Shown: positions 25,826 to 38,305, numbered from the stretch's first letter. The stretch is DNA of 64,000 nucleotides from Octopus bimaculoides (GCF_001194135.2 NC_068989.1:73999832-74063831); one strand, 5' to 3'. The notes: a model not told the origin generated them from the letters alone. Numbers and translations are program-made.

Positions 25826-26316
25826 ATTATATATCCGCTGCATAGGAAATCTGCAATGGGTCCATAAATACCGTCTTGGTTATAACCTTGGAGCCCTAGT
25901 AATCCGTTACAGCACTTACCTAGCGTACCTAATCGTTTAGATCACCTGCGAAGTAAACCGTCATATTTTTTATATTTATGTATGTATATGTACATACATA
26001 TATATATGTATATATAAACACACATCCATATATATATANNNNNNNNNNNNNNNNNNNNNNNNNNNNNNNNNNNNNNNNNNNNNNNNNNNNNNNNNNNNNN
26101 NNNNNNNNNNNNNNNTATATATGCATGTGTGTTTATATATATATGTATGTACATATACATACATAAATATAAAAAATATGAGGGTTTACTTCGCAGGTGA
26201 TCTAAACGATTAGGTACGCTAGGTAAGTGCTGTAACGGATTACTAGGGCTCCAAGGTTATAACCAAGACGGCATTTATGGAGCCATTGCAGATTTCCGAT
26301 GCAGCGGATATATAAT
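25826..26316. repeat. Near-perfect inverted repeat centred on the N-gap (fold-back element A)
   Basis: 25826-25975 versus the reverse complement of 26166-26316: 4 mismatches in ~150 bp; the microsatellite inner parts also mirror each other. Confidence 0.9.
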
Positions 26317-26395
26317 TTTTAAAGAGGACAACAAACGTTAAGGCAAGACAAACATCACAAGTCATATACATTATTATCATTGGAAAAAATTTAAA

Positions 26396-26451
26396 GTCCT
26401 ACAGCTGTTTCTGGGATATCCCAGAGTATGGGATATTCTGTCATCGGAGAA
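26396..26451 (-). ncRNA. Hammerhead-like motif, left arm of element B
   Basis: Minus strand: TTCT-CCGATGA-CAGAATATCCCA-TACTC-TGGGATATCCCA-GAAAC-AGCT-GT-A-GGAC. Confidence 0.6.
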
Positions 26452-26675
26452 AAATTCTGAAAATGAGAAGGGTATAGATTAAGGAAATGGCAGCATAGAA
26501 GACAGGAGTAAAGGAGTAAGGAGATGAAGAAAAAGAAGAGTTGCTCCTAAGGACTTATGGCCTTATTTCTACAAGATCGGAAAGTTAGACTGTGGTATTT
26601 TATGCTTCTTTTTTATTCTCTTTCTTCATCTCCTTATTCCTTTACTCTTGTCCTCTATGTCGTCTTTCCCTATTT

Positions 26676-26730
26676 GTTTTTGATGACGGAATATCCCATA
26701 CTGTGGGATATTCCGAAACAGCTGTTAGAC
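26676..26730 (+). ncRNA. Hammerhead-like motif, right arm of element B
   Basis: GTTT-TTGATGA-C-GGAATATCCCA-TACTG-TGGGATATTCC-GAAAC-AGCT-GT-T-AGAC; perfect 11-bp stem II; C3U change. Confidence 0.6.
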
Positions 26731-26796
26731 TTTGAATTGTTTTCCGATATTAATAATGTATATGACTTAACCTTAACCTTTGTTGTCCTCTTTAAC

Positions 26797-26841
<45 letters not shown>

Positions 26842-27050
26842 TATATCTGTTGGTGTGTGTACATATCAATATACCTTCACATATATATATATATATATAG
26901 ATAAAAATATTTAAACAAAAAGACACACCTACATTCAAACACACCCACACGCAAACGCATACACACTTACACTCATACAAACACACATACACACAAAACA
27001 TTTTATATGACGCAGCAAAAGTGAACCATGCAAACTGGTTTATAGATAAA

Positions 27051-27110
27051 GAATAGTTAATAATAGTTAAGAATAGTTAATAATAGTTAATAATAGTTAA
27101 GAATAGTTAA
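27051..27110. repeat. 10-bp tandem repeat (G/T)AATAGTTAA x6
   Basis: Direct reading. Confidence 0.95.
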
Positions 27111-27149
27111 TGGAATCTATGTACGCGCAGAGTTTGTCGAAATTCTTTT

Positions 27150-27480
27150 CAAGACTCGAAATACTGTCAAATATTTGATAAGAGCCTTTTAACCATGCGT
27201 TTCAATATACAAGCATGGTATCATAGCTTGGAACAAATTCAGAGGCTCTTGTCTACGAAATGGATTGCTCAAAAACTCGATTTGAAGCACTAGAACACAT
27301 ACGGGAACATCTTGATGAAAAGCTGCAAAACAAAATCGTAAACAACATCGATTACAGAATCGACCAATATGTATGGGAAAACGGATCAGTTTGTAGTCGA
27401 TAATTTAATCAGGTACACGTGTAGTAGGAAAAAAAGAGGTAACACCAGACAAGAGAGCGCTCACAAAATACCGTAACAAA
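27150..27480 (+). mobile_element. Degraded Tc1-like transposase C-terminal fragment
   Basis: KWIAQKLDL/(fs)ALEHIREHLDEKL resembles WPAQSPDLNPIEHxWxxLxRxL; KRALTKY resembles the Tc1 terminal KGGxTKY. Confidence 0.5.
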
Positions 27481-27582
27481 CATCTGTTCATTCTGGGTGT
27501 ATTTTTCACGAAATTATTACAAGTTAAATTAACTTTGCACTTAATTCTTTTAACTATAACATTATAATAGGACAATACATAT

Positions 27583-27623
<41 letters not shown>

Positions 27624-27754
27624 CACACATACACACTCACACACTAACACACACGCACACACACACACACACATATATACACACACGCACAAAAACATAC
27701 ACAGACACACACAGACACACACACACATATATATGTGTGTTTGTGTGCATATGT

Positions 27755-28554
27755 ATATGCGATGGATAAATTGTCGCCATTTTATATTTTTAATTTCGCG
27801 TGTTGTTTGTTTTTGATTTTGTCGACGACACAAATTTGGAATCGACATGCTGTACTGCTTGGCATTCGCACGGGAAGTTCCGATACGAACATTTCAGATT
27901 GGCTGGGTGTCAATCTAAGGACAGTGCAATCTGACGACACGTATACCGAGAGTGATAAAAATCAAGCATCCAGTGAACAGCATGATGTTTGTAGTGATCA
28001 CTAGTGATGGCGACGTTATACTTTCATTCGTCTCCCCTCACGGCCTCAGACTCAGCACGGAGGCCTACATCAGGTGCCTGGAGGAGGTAGTGCTGCCCTG
28101 GGTCAAGAGCGTGGCTTCTAGAAGACCCAGCGTCTAACAACAACACCCTGCAGCATGCCACGCACTCATGGCTGTCAGACAATTTCTGTGACCACATCAC
28201 CTCTAACATCTGGCCACCTAACTCCCCAGAATGCAACCCCCTTGATTATTATGTGTGGAGCGCAGTAGAGCGAGAGACCCACAAAACTCCTTGTAACATC
28301 GAAGATGAGCCGAAGGCAAGGATTGGGGCAGCATTCACCAACTTAAACAAGAAGACCGTCCAGAAGAGTTGCAGGAGATTCCGAAGTCATCTGGGGGCTG
28401 TGGTTGAAGCGAATGGCGATTTTATTGAATAAATTGACTCTTTAGTATTTCAAGACATTTTCTATGTAATTGTGGTAAATATATATCTTAAAATGATATG
28501 TCAGTGTTATTTTCATTTTTACGTAATTTAGACGACAGTTTATTTACCGCACTC
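27755..28554 (+). mobile_element. Internally deleted Tc1/mariner element, maT/DD37D-like
   Basis: Degenerate ~22-bp TIRs (tgcgatggataaattgtcgcc / gacgacagtttatttaccgca); IKHPVNSMMFVVITSDGD..YIRCLEEVVLPWVK; WPPNSPECNPLDYYVWSAVERE..RRFRSHLGAVVEANGDFIE*; N-terminal HTH start joined directly to the catalytic region. Confidence 0.88.
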
Positions 28555-28567
28555 ACAAGCACACAAG

Positions 28568-28598
<31 letters not shown>

Positions 28599-28942
28599 AT
28601 TTATGAGAGTTAAATGCCCTAACGAAGAACCCAACATATTAACAATAAGAAAGCACTTTCATACATCGATGTGTTGCCAATTACTTTTACCACTCCCACC
28701 TACGTTTACTCACTAAAACTACAAATATGTGTTTAATATAGTAATGATCATCATAGATACGCCAGATATTTGGTCTTATCAAAAGAAGTATTCAGTTTGC
28801 CAACGTGTCCGTTACCTACCATTTATAGCTTATATTTAAGCTATAGTGTGTAAATTTACTAGACTATATCACATTTAGCACACTTAAGGAATCTGTGATA
28901 GCGTGTTTTACGTTGACTTATATAAAGAAAAATATTATGTCG

Positions 28943-29107
28943 GTTTCAAGTTTTGGCATAAACCCAGCAGATTTTGAGGTAAGGAGCAAGTCGATTACTT
29001 TATTGCTGCTTATTTTATCGACCCTGAAAGATTGAAAGGCGAAGTCGACCACGCCAGTATTTGAGCTCAGTATTTGGCATGCTTGCTGTTCTGCCAGCTC
29101 ACCGCCT
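28943..29107 (-). mobile_element. SINE family 2
   Basis: tttatcgaccctgaaagattgaaaggcgaagtcgacc...ctgccagctcaccgcc. Confidence 0.85.
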
Positions 29108-29117
29108 TATTCAAATA

Positions 29118-29316
29118 CATAATAATCCTCTGTACTATAGGCAATGTGGGATGGGGCACGTTGGTTACAATCGGTTCCATGCACCGCTGGTACTTAATTT
29201 ATCAACCCCAAAAGGGATAAAAGCAAAGCCGGCTAGGGAGAATTTGAACGCAGAACAGACGAAATGACGCTTAATAATTTGCTCGGCGTGCTAATAGTTC
29301 TGCCAGCTCGCTGCCT
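29118..29316 (-). mobile_element. SINE family 2, tandem neighbour of the previous copy
   Basis: ctggtacttaatttatcaaccccaaaaggg...gaatttgaacgcagaac...ctgccagctcgctgcc. Confidence 0.85.
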
Positions 29317-29751
29317 TTTAGATACGCTTAATAAAGATAATAAATACTAAGCTAAACTAAAGCAAACAAGAAGAGGGTCTTGTCCTAGATATTTCCATTC
29401 TGTATCCCTATGTTAATTAAACTGAGATCAGCAAAATATAAAAAAATATATATATACCCGATAGAGTTATATGTCTGTAGTGAAGTATGAGTTTACATAC
29501 ATTAAATAGTGGTCCCAACCAATTTTTTTTCTTGTATTTGTAGGTTTGGTTAAATATTTTGGTGGGTTCCCCGACAATCTCAACGTTGTTTTCTAATGAA
29601 ATGAATTACTTCTGGCAAAATTAACCCCTAAGTGGTTGAACATTTCGCAGACATGTATACCATTGACACAGCTCTCGAGTGGAATCGGAACGACACTGTG
29701 TAATTACTGAATAAAATCTACGTTACAGAAAGAGAATTAAAAGAGTGAGGC

Positions 29752-29761
29752 AGAGAGAGAA

Positions 29762-29821
<60 letters not shown>

Positions 29822-29890
29822 AGGGAGATAATATAAGAGTGGGAGGGGAGAGAGAGGGAGAGAAGGGGTAGAGAGTGGGGAGGAAGTGAG
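29752..29890. repeat. (GA)n / G-rich purine tract
   Basis: Direct reading. Confidence 0.9.
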
Positions 29891-29904
29891 GAGAGAGAAG
29901 AGTG

Positions 29905-30058
29905 GCTTCAGTATTGGACTGGTACTCTATTTATCGACTTTGAAATAAAGCAGCGTTTTCCTTGGCCGGATTTGTACTCAGAAAGCTGTGTTGTGCCGAA
30001 AAAAATATTGCAAGGCAGTTCATCCGATGTCGTAACGGTTTTGTTAATTCGCCACCTA
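29905..30058 (-). mobile_element. SINE family 2, degenerate
   Basis: ctggtactctatttatcgactttgaa...gatttgtactcagaaag...ttcgccacc. Confidence 0.6.
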
Positions 30059-31862
30059 TACTGTTATGCAATCCAAAAGTGACAAACCTGGTCTATATTT
30101 TCTGGCGATGCATTTCACGGACTAGATTTTCAACCAATGTTCTTTATTCTTTTTCTAAAACGGTTGGGAGACCCAAATGCCATTTTCAAATAGGTTCAAC
30201 AATCGTGTGGAATGTTCTCTATTATGCCGGTAGATTTACTCATCAATTCGTCGAAAAATAAATTTATAATGAAAAATGCACAGTCAATTGAATTGATTTC
30301 TCTTCCTTTCTACTTGAACATAATACCGTTGAACATGAGGTAAATCACTTCAAATTGTATTTCCAAGAGTTAGTTTTAATGCCCGGTAGCAATCAATTTA
30401 TTTCATTTAAGCCACTAATACTTCAGTTCACAATAAATATATCGCATCAAATTTAAGTATGAAATCGTTTTCTTTTAGTATCGGGATTCTTGTGGCTGGC
30501 AAAAATTGTAGAGTGCCTCACAAAATGTCCAATTTGTATTTAGTCCTGCTTGTTTATGTCCTGAGTTCAAATACATTCGCAGTCGAATGTTTTTACCTTT
30601 TATTATTCCTTGATTGATAGAAGTACCAGCCACATTTTAAGTTTAATTTAATCGATTACTTGGAGTGCAAAACTGCGCCCTTATTTCGTTTTCGATTGTT
30701 TTCTAGAAAAATTATTTTTGTCGATGTCAGAGGAATTTTACTTAGGACGCTTAGAGTCGGAACTAATACAGAGAAATATTGTATCCGATGCTCTGACGTC
30801 TATACCAATTCACGGTTACTAATGACTATTTCATAAGACAAAAGTCGAAATTATGCATATGGGTTTATATAAACATAGGAATAATGTGAGATGAACACAG
30901 AACAGAGAGGCGATGAAACGGACGTATTGGGCAGTGATTACAAACATGTACTTCCGGGGCTACAAAATCCGCCAGTCTGCTTAATCGTACGAAAATCAAA
31001 TTGAGAAAACTTCTAGTGTACTCAGAAGCGTAATATCGGGAACAGATACCCATGAGTTTCACATCATACATTTTAAATATTTCTGAGGCTTTGATCTCGA
31101 GTTCCGTTTCTCACAGATATTGTCTGAAAAATTTCTCCCATCACTAGGCTTTTATTTAACTTTAGATTAAACGCCAAATGTCGAGCTCATTTCATTTTTA
31201 ACTAGAATAAAATATAAAGGCATTCTGAATAAGTGACACTTAGAAGTCTCAGCAAATTTAAACTAATGTATTATTAGAAGTTGCATTATCCTGTACGGTA
31301 GTTGGAAAGAACACTATAAATAAAATCAGTCTTTATAAGGAGTTGAATCCAGTGCAGCGATGTGTAAAATTCGTTACAGTGAGTAGTGTAGACAGATTTC
31401 TGTACAGACACAATTATTTCTAAAGTATTTCATTGTAAATATTAACTGACATTTAGGTACCAGAATATTTGTTGCTCCAAAGTAAAGCAAGTTACTGGAT
31501 TTAATGGATTTACGTTTCTATAATACTCGAATCAAATATGTATATTAAAAAAAAAATCTTCTTGGTATTTAGTTTACCTTCTCTTTCATGTTGGAGCAAA
31601 TAATATAATTATAGACATCAATAATAACATCAACGGCAATAAGTACATTATTTTATCCCCGCAAAATATTATACTTGCATAAATCTACGAGCAAATATTT
31701 ACGTATATTTCCGCTATAACTGAATTCCTTCAAGCGAATTCAATTAGAATGCACTTTAACAATCGTCCGTCGAATAATATTAGCTTGACATTAATGTTAT
31801 AAAACAGGGAGTGTGAAAATGATCAACAGACTCAGGAAAGTGATCTGAATATGCATCAATGA

Positions 31863-31895
<33 letters not shown>

Positions 31896-32730
31896 GCGAG
31901 CTATAAAAATAGACAGTTGGTTAATATATATATATATATATGTGTGTGTGTGTACCGTCCCCCTCCGACTTTTAGTTCATGCAATTGAAAAGACCGCATT
32001 ATTTATGGGATGGCCCAATATAATTCTTTTTATCAATGCCTATGACGTTAATATTTATATTCATATGTGTGTGTATGTTTGCACATACATACATAATACG
32101 CACATAGAATCTGGAAGAGAGACGGAGACGGAGGGAGAAATAAAGAGGGACAAATTAAGGTCATATATACATATCTACTTTGTATTATATATTCTAGTTT
32201 CTCTCAATTTATTAAAAAGAATTTCACCACCCACGGAAAGCGAAGCGCTCCTCACGAACGCAGTTCGTGAGATGGTCGTGTTGTGCAAACAATTTTAAGT
32301 AGGGGCCCGAAAAAGAAGAATGAACACGCAATGTGAAAATGCTCACTGAATTCGTAAAACGGAAGAGAAGAATAAAAACGCAATGTCAAACATGTTATAT
32401 GATGGTCTGCATGCCATGTCTGGTATCACTATCACGCAGCTTTGCTGCAATTTTCTTGTTTATTTAGCCTTCTCATAATAAATGCTTTGTTTTTACATGT
32501 AAAATGGATTGTGTGAAACCCATGTATATCTATTTGCTATGTTATGCTCTTCATTACACTGAAATTTTTTTTCAATTCAATAATTGAACGATTAAGTACG
32601 TCGGCAGATTACGTAACAGAGTAAGAAGGGATGGTTTTTTGCCCATTTATGCAGTTCTTGTCTCTCGTTCTGTATTGAGTTTATCTCACATGATTTATAT
32701 ATGCATGTGCGTATGTAAATGTTTGTTAGT

Positions 32731-32800
<70 letters not shown>

Positions 32801-32814
32801 ATAAAACCTCGCAA

Positions 32815-32985
32815 GTTGGTGAGATGGCAGAATGGTTAGCCGGCCGGACAAAATGTTTAGTGGCATTTCTTCTGACTCTATACATTCTGAGATCAATTCC
32901 ATCGAGATCAATTCCATCGAGATCAATTCCATCGAGATCAATTCCATCGAGATCAACATTAACTTTTAAACATTCGGGGTATATA
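32815..32985 (+). mobile_element. SINE family 2 with an internal 15-bp tandem amplification
   Basis: ggtgagatggcagaatggttagc head; (GAGATCAATTCCATC)x4 at 32889-32948; cattcggggtatataaaa core remnant. Confidence 0.85.
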
Positions 32986-33542
32986 AAAAAACACTAAGGT
33001 AACAATATAACAGAGTACCAATACACGGCGTTGGATAGGCGGAAGAGTAAGATCACTGGACCGGATACCTGGTAGTATTTTTCCCTCTGGGCTCTAAGTT
33101 TTCCGTTCAAATCTTATCATGGTCTAGTTAATGATATGCCATAATAATTCTATAGCCGGGTTAACGCCATCAACCGGTGTCCACAGAGTCCCATCTGTTG
33201 CAAACGCTCGGCGTTGTTCCCGATTTCAGGATACATTGCTACCTCCTTCAGGATTTGAATATTTTAATAAGTTTAGTTTCATAGCCGTCTGAGCCGTTAC
33301 ACATTAACTCGACCATTTCACATTGGCAGAGCAATCTCAGTGCTGGCCAATTATAGTTATCTCTCAGCGATCACCAATCACTTGTAACACGGTAGCAAAA
33401 CGAAACGATCTCAGACCGGGATTTTTATCTGTTATTTTTGCAATTAAGTCTTTAGTGCACTATTTCAGTCTGTATTTTGCTTCAATCTTATTAGCATCAA
33501 AAATACACGCACACACAAATACATACTACATACACACACACA

Positions 33543-33582
<40 letters not shown>

Positions 33583-34175
33583 TATATATATGTGTGTGTG
33601 TGTGTGTAAAATCCTGATTGTTTTGACTGCATCTTCAATGTGTTGGTGCTTTTAGTGTTATCAGTGAAATTTTGTCTTTATATCGAATACGTCTAGAACA
33701 GATATGATCTGATAGTAAATATTATTTTCCTGTTGGATTGATATGTTATAGAACAAGTTCTTCCACTGTTCTTTACAAATATATGTTTCCGATATTTGGC
33801 GAAAAAGATTTATAATAAATCAGTATTATTATATAATGTTTTCAGCTCATTTCATATTTATGAGGTATAAATTTGATCGTAATACTTTTTCCATTCATGC
33901 TTGAGGTCAATAAAGTTACATCGGATCATTTAATTCTATATTCAAAGAGGTTTATTTCACTGGTTGATATTTATTTAAAGCGTTTATCAATGTTATTTTG
34001 CTAATAAGTTACTACTAAGAATTAGTTAAACTGCTTTATCTTTTAGGTTCATCTGGCGTGACCAGAATTCATTCTAACCTGCGCGCACATTCGCACTTCC
34101 AGAAATGTATACACATATTTATGATAGTATATCTCTCTCTCTCTTTCTCTCTCCCTCTCTCTAACTGTCTCTCCT

Positions 34176-34263
<88 letters not shown>

Positions 34264-35601
34264 NNNNNNNNNNNNNNNNNNNNNNTGTATGTATGTATGT
34301 ATGTATGTATGCATGTACACACACGTACACACAAACACACACACACATATATACATGCAGAAATATTTAGATATAGACATAGATTCATATTTATGAATAT
34401 TAACAATACACCTACATGCACACACACAGACATATACATACATGCAGATATATTTAGATGTAGACATAGAGATTCACATTTATGTATATATAGATATAGA
34501 TGCATGTATATACATAAAAATATATGTGCATGTATGTAAGTATATCTATGTATATTGATATGTATGCATGTGAGAACGCATATATGTATGTATGAATGTA
34601 TGTATGCATGTACGAATGTATATTTGTCAGTCTGTGTGTGTATGTATGTATGTTTGACTGTATGTGTATAGGTATTTTTGTCTGTATGTATGTATATATA
34701 ATACGTATAAACTGGTGTAATATTAACAATAACACCGTTGTGTAATGTTTACACACATATAGCCTGCGCACCAATAACTTGTGAAAACATTCTCTAAGCT
34801 ATTGGTGCGCAAATATTAGTGATAGCACAACTAGTTTACTTTACTTCAATGTTTGGCAGAGCGTTGATAAAGAATATTAAAAAACACTTAAAAATCATTT
34901 TAGCTCGCTAATATTATAACGTTTTATAGCATCTGCATTCAAACTGATTAAAGCTTCTCCCACACATTTATCGATGGACATATGCATATATAAGGACAGT
35001 GGAACGTTTGCTGCTGCATAAGTAATAGATATGTTTATATACATATAGATTTAGGCTGTTAGATACATCCTCATATACTTTCGTTTCTCGATAGATGTAT
35101 TTATTCATGGTCTATGTGTACCTAAACATTGATATGCGCAAGGTGGCAAAATAACTGAGTTGATTAGGTTTTAAATAAGAAGCATGATGAGTTAAAAAAA
35201 GCTGATGTATACAGAATAGTATTATTTCGTACAGGCGATGTAAATCATCTGATTGTTAAGAATATTTACTAGAGAGTTGCAGAACAATTGTACGATTCAT
35301 CATTATTTGTCAAAGGCAATCATGAAACAACCTTCACGCTATGATATTAGTCAAGCATATCAGACATGTATGAAATATAATATAGTTGGTAATCTACTCT
35401 TAAAAAAATGATTTATACTTTGCAATATATTCGTAGCAATATTTAGCCCATTAGAAGAGCTACATATGCCCATAGCCAAACAGAAAAATGTACAGATCTC
35501 TCTTTCTCCCTCCCTCTCCCTCTCTCATATATTTAAGATAATTAAGAACATGGACATATAGCATATCATAAAATTTATTATCTGCAAAAATACAACATAT
35601 T

Positions 35602-35683
35602 CTCTTACAACTGTTTCAATTAAGCCTAAAGATTAAAATAACAATTATTAAATCCTTATATTAGACAAAACCTCATCAGAGGG
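35602..35683 (-). ncRNA. Type I hammerhead-ribozyme-like motif
   Basis: Minus strand: CCCT-CTGATGA-GGTT ttGTCTAA...TTAGGCtt AATT-GAAAC-AGTT-GT-A-AGAG; intact core; stem I 3 of 4 pairs; long pairable stem II. Confidence 0.62.
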
Positions 35684-36398
35684 GTAGAAAAAAGACTTAT
35701 CGTTAGGTTAATGGGTGTTATGTTTTCGAATCATCACAGCAGACTGAATATTATTTTATGGTTAATATTGGGATAAACCTGGCTCNNNNNNNNNNNNNNN
35801 NNNNNNNNNNNNNNNNNNNNNNNNNNNNNNNNNNNNNNNNNNNNNNNNNNNNNNNNNNNNNNNNNNNNNNNNNNNNNNNNNNNNNNNNNNNNNNNNNNNN
35901 NNNNNNNNNNNNNNNNNNNNNNNNNNNNNNNNNNNNNNNNNNNNNNNNNNNNNNNNNNNNNNNNNNNNNNNNNNNNNNNNNNNNNNNNNNNNNNNNNNNN
36001 NNNNNNNNNNNNNNNNNNNNNNNNNNNNNNNNNNNNNNNNNNNNNNNNNNNNNNNNNNNNNNNNNNNNNNNNNNNNNNNNNNNNNNNNNNNNNNNNNNNN
36101 NNNNNNNNNNNNNNNNNNNNNNCCCCCCGCTCACTGATATGAGGCCCCGCTTGCCAGATCAACTGGTTATTAAATAAGGCTCTATATAATCTTCTAGCCA
36201 TCTCTTTTTAACCAAATCCAGTGACTAGCCTTCTCCACTGTAGTTCGGATATCGGCCATGATGATATTTACTTTACGATGAGTTAGGCCTAACGATAACA
36301 TCAATCATCTCACACTGTGTCCAACAAACCCTGTCTCTCTCACTGCAAAGCGTTCTAATATTCAAATCTTTTCAGTCATGTTTCACGTTGATTTTGCA

Positions 36399-36429
<31 letters not shown>

Positions 36430-36765
36430 CTATAACTATATATAGATCTAAATCAATTTCTACATGTATGTATGCATATATGTATGTGTGTGTGTGTAAT
36501 GATAATATAAGAAAATCGAAACAACGTTGATGTATTTAATAATTCATATATTTACAAAAGTTGTAGAAGTATAAGAGTTTTATTAAAATTTCTCTTCCAT
36601 GATATGGTTATGCTATTCTGATATCACTGAAAAGTGGGTAAAGAAATGGATAAATAAATGAAACAACCATGTATTCCTATTGTTATATAACCACTGTATA
36701 TATTACATGGATATTGCAGTTTGTGCACAAACATCATAGGATTACTAGCATATTAATTCAAATCC

Positions 36766-36845
<80 letters not shown>

Positions 36846-37255
36846 NNNNNNNNNNNNNNNNNNNNNNNNNNNNNNNNNNNNNNNNNNNNNNNNNNNNNNN
36901 NNNNNNNNNNNNNNNNNNNNNNNNNNNNNNNNNNNNNNNNNNNNNNNNNNNNNNNNNNNNNNNNNNNNNNNNNNNNNNNNNNNNNNNNNNNNNNNNNNNN
37001 NNNNNNNNNNNNNNNNNNNNNNNNNNNNNNNNNNNNNNNNNNNNNNNNNNNNNNNNNNNNNNNNNNNNNNNNNNNNNNNNNNNNNNNNNNNNNNNNNNNN
37101 NNNNNNNNNNNNNNNNNNNNNNNNNNNNNNNNNNNNNNNNNNNNNNNNNNNNNNNNNNNNNNNNNNNNNNNNNNNNNNNNNNNNNNNNNNNNNNNNNNNN
37201 NNNNNNNNNNNNNNNNNNNNNNNNNNNNNNNNNNNNNNNNNNNNNNNNNNNNNNN

Positions 37256-37308
<53 letters not shown>

Positions 37309-37689
37309 ATACATACAAAGAAAGAGTGCGGGCATGTGTGTGTGTGAGGGAGAGAGAGACAGAGAGGAAGAGAGAGAGAGAGAGACAGAGAAATGTGTAG
37401 GCACAGTGTCGTTGCTGTTAAATGTGGCTTATAGCAGAGTGAGAAATTGATATTGACTAAATGACAAGATATTAAAAAAAAAGGTGAAAACATTATAACA
37501 GACAATGTGAGTTTTGCTGCTAATGTTTATGTTTACATGCATTAACAGATGATATGGCAGAGATAAGCATTTTGTCACCTCGAGAACCAAACAGATGAAA
37601 AGACGTAGAGATAGATACGTAGATATATGAATGCTCGCGTTATTTCGTTCTGAGATAAAATCTGATCGAAATTAATATTTCTGAATAGA

Positions 37690-37724
37690 ACGATAGATAT
37701 AGATAGACAGATAGACAGACAGAC

Positions 37725-37767
<43 letters not shown>

Positions 37768-37780
37768 TAGATAGACAGAC

Positions 37781-37831
<51 letters not shown>

Positions 37832-38087
37832 AATTGGCAGACATATTGATAGATAAACAGATCTATAAATGGATACAGAGACACGGAGATCGATAGACAG
37901 ATAGCTAGGTGTATAGATAAATAGATGGTTACCTAAACCGAAAAACAGGTAGGCAGTGACACAAGTAAATACATAGATACACAGACAGAGAGATAGGCAA
38001 ACAGCTAGATCGGTTGATAGATAGAAGCACAGATAGATAGAAAACAGGAGAGGTAGATACACTGAAAGACAGCAAGGGAGTTAGATG

Positions 38088-38141
<54 letters not shown>

Positions 38142-38305
38142 GAGAAACAGAAAGACAGTTAGCTTGATAAATAAATAGGCTAGCAGACAGACAGTGGGGC
38201 GGACAGACAGACAGATAATTGATAGATAGTTTGACAGATAATTTGAAAGATAGATAAACTGAGAGAGAGAGGGGGAGAGAGACAGAGGGGGAGAGAGAGA
38301 CAGAC
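37690..38305. repeat. (GATA)n/(GACA)n/(GA)n degenerate microsatellite region
   Basis: Direct reading. Confidence 0.93.

Larger units (their letters stand above)
26308..26806. repeat. Older imperfect inverted repeat (fold-back element B) with a hammerhead-like motif in each arm
   Basis: taaagaggacaacaaa.gttaagg...aagtcatatacattatt mirrors aataatgtatatgactt...ccttaacctttgttgtcctcttta; arms ~26308-26539 and ~26606-26806. Confidence 0.92.

Noticed and set aside
32889-32957. Short regular repeats as a possible CRISPR array (also 601-661, 27051-27110, 59125-59176)
   Set aside because: Head-to-tail tandem units with no spacers, in eukaryotic DNA without cas genes
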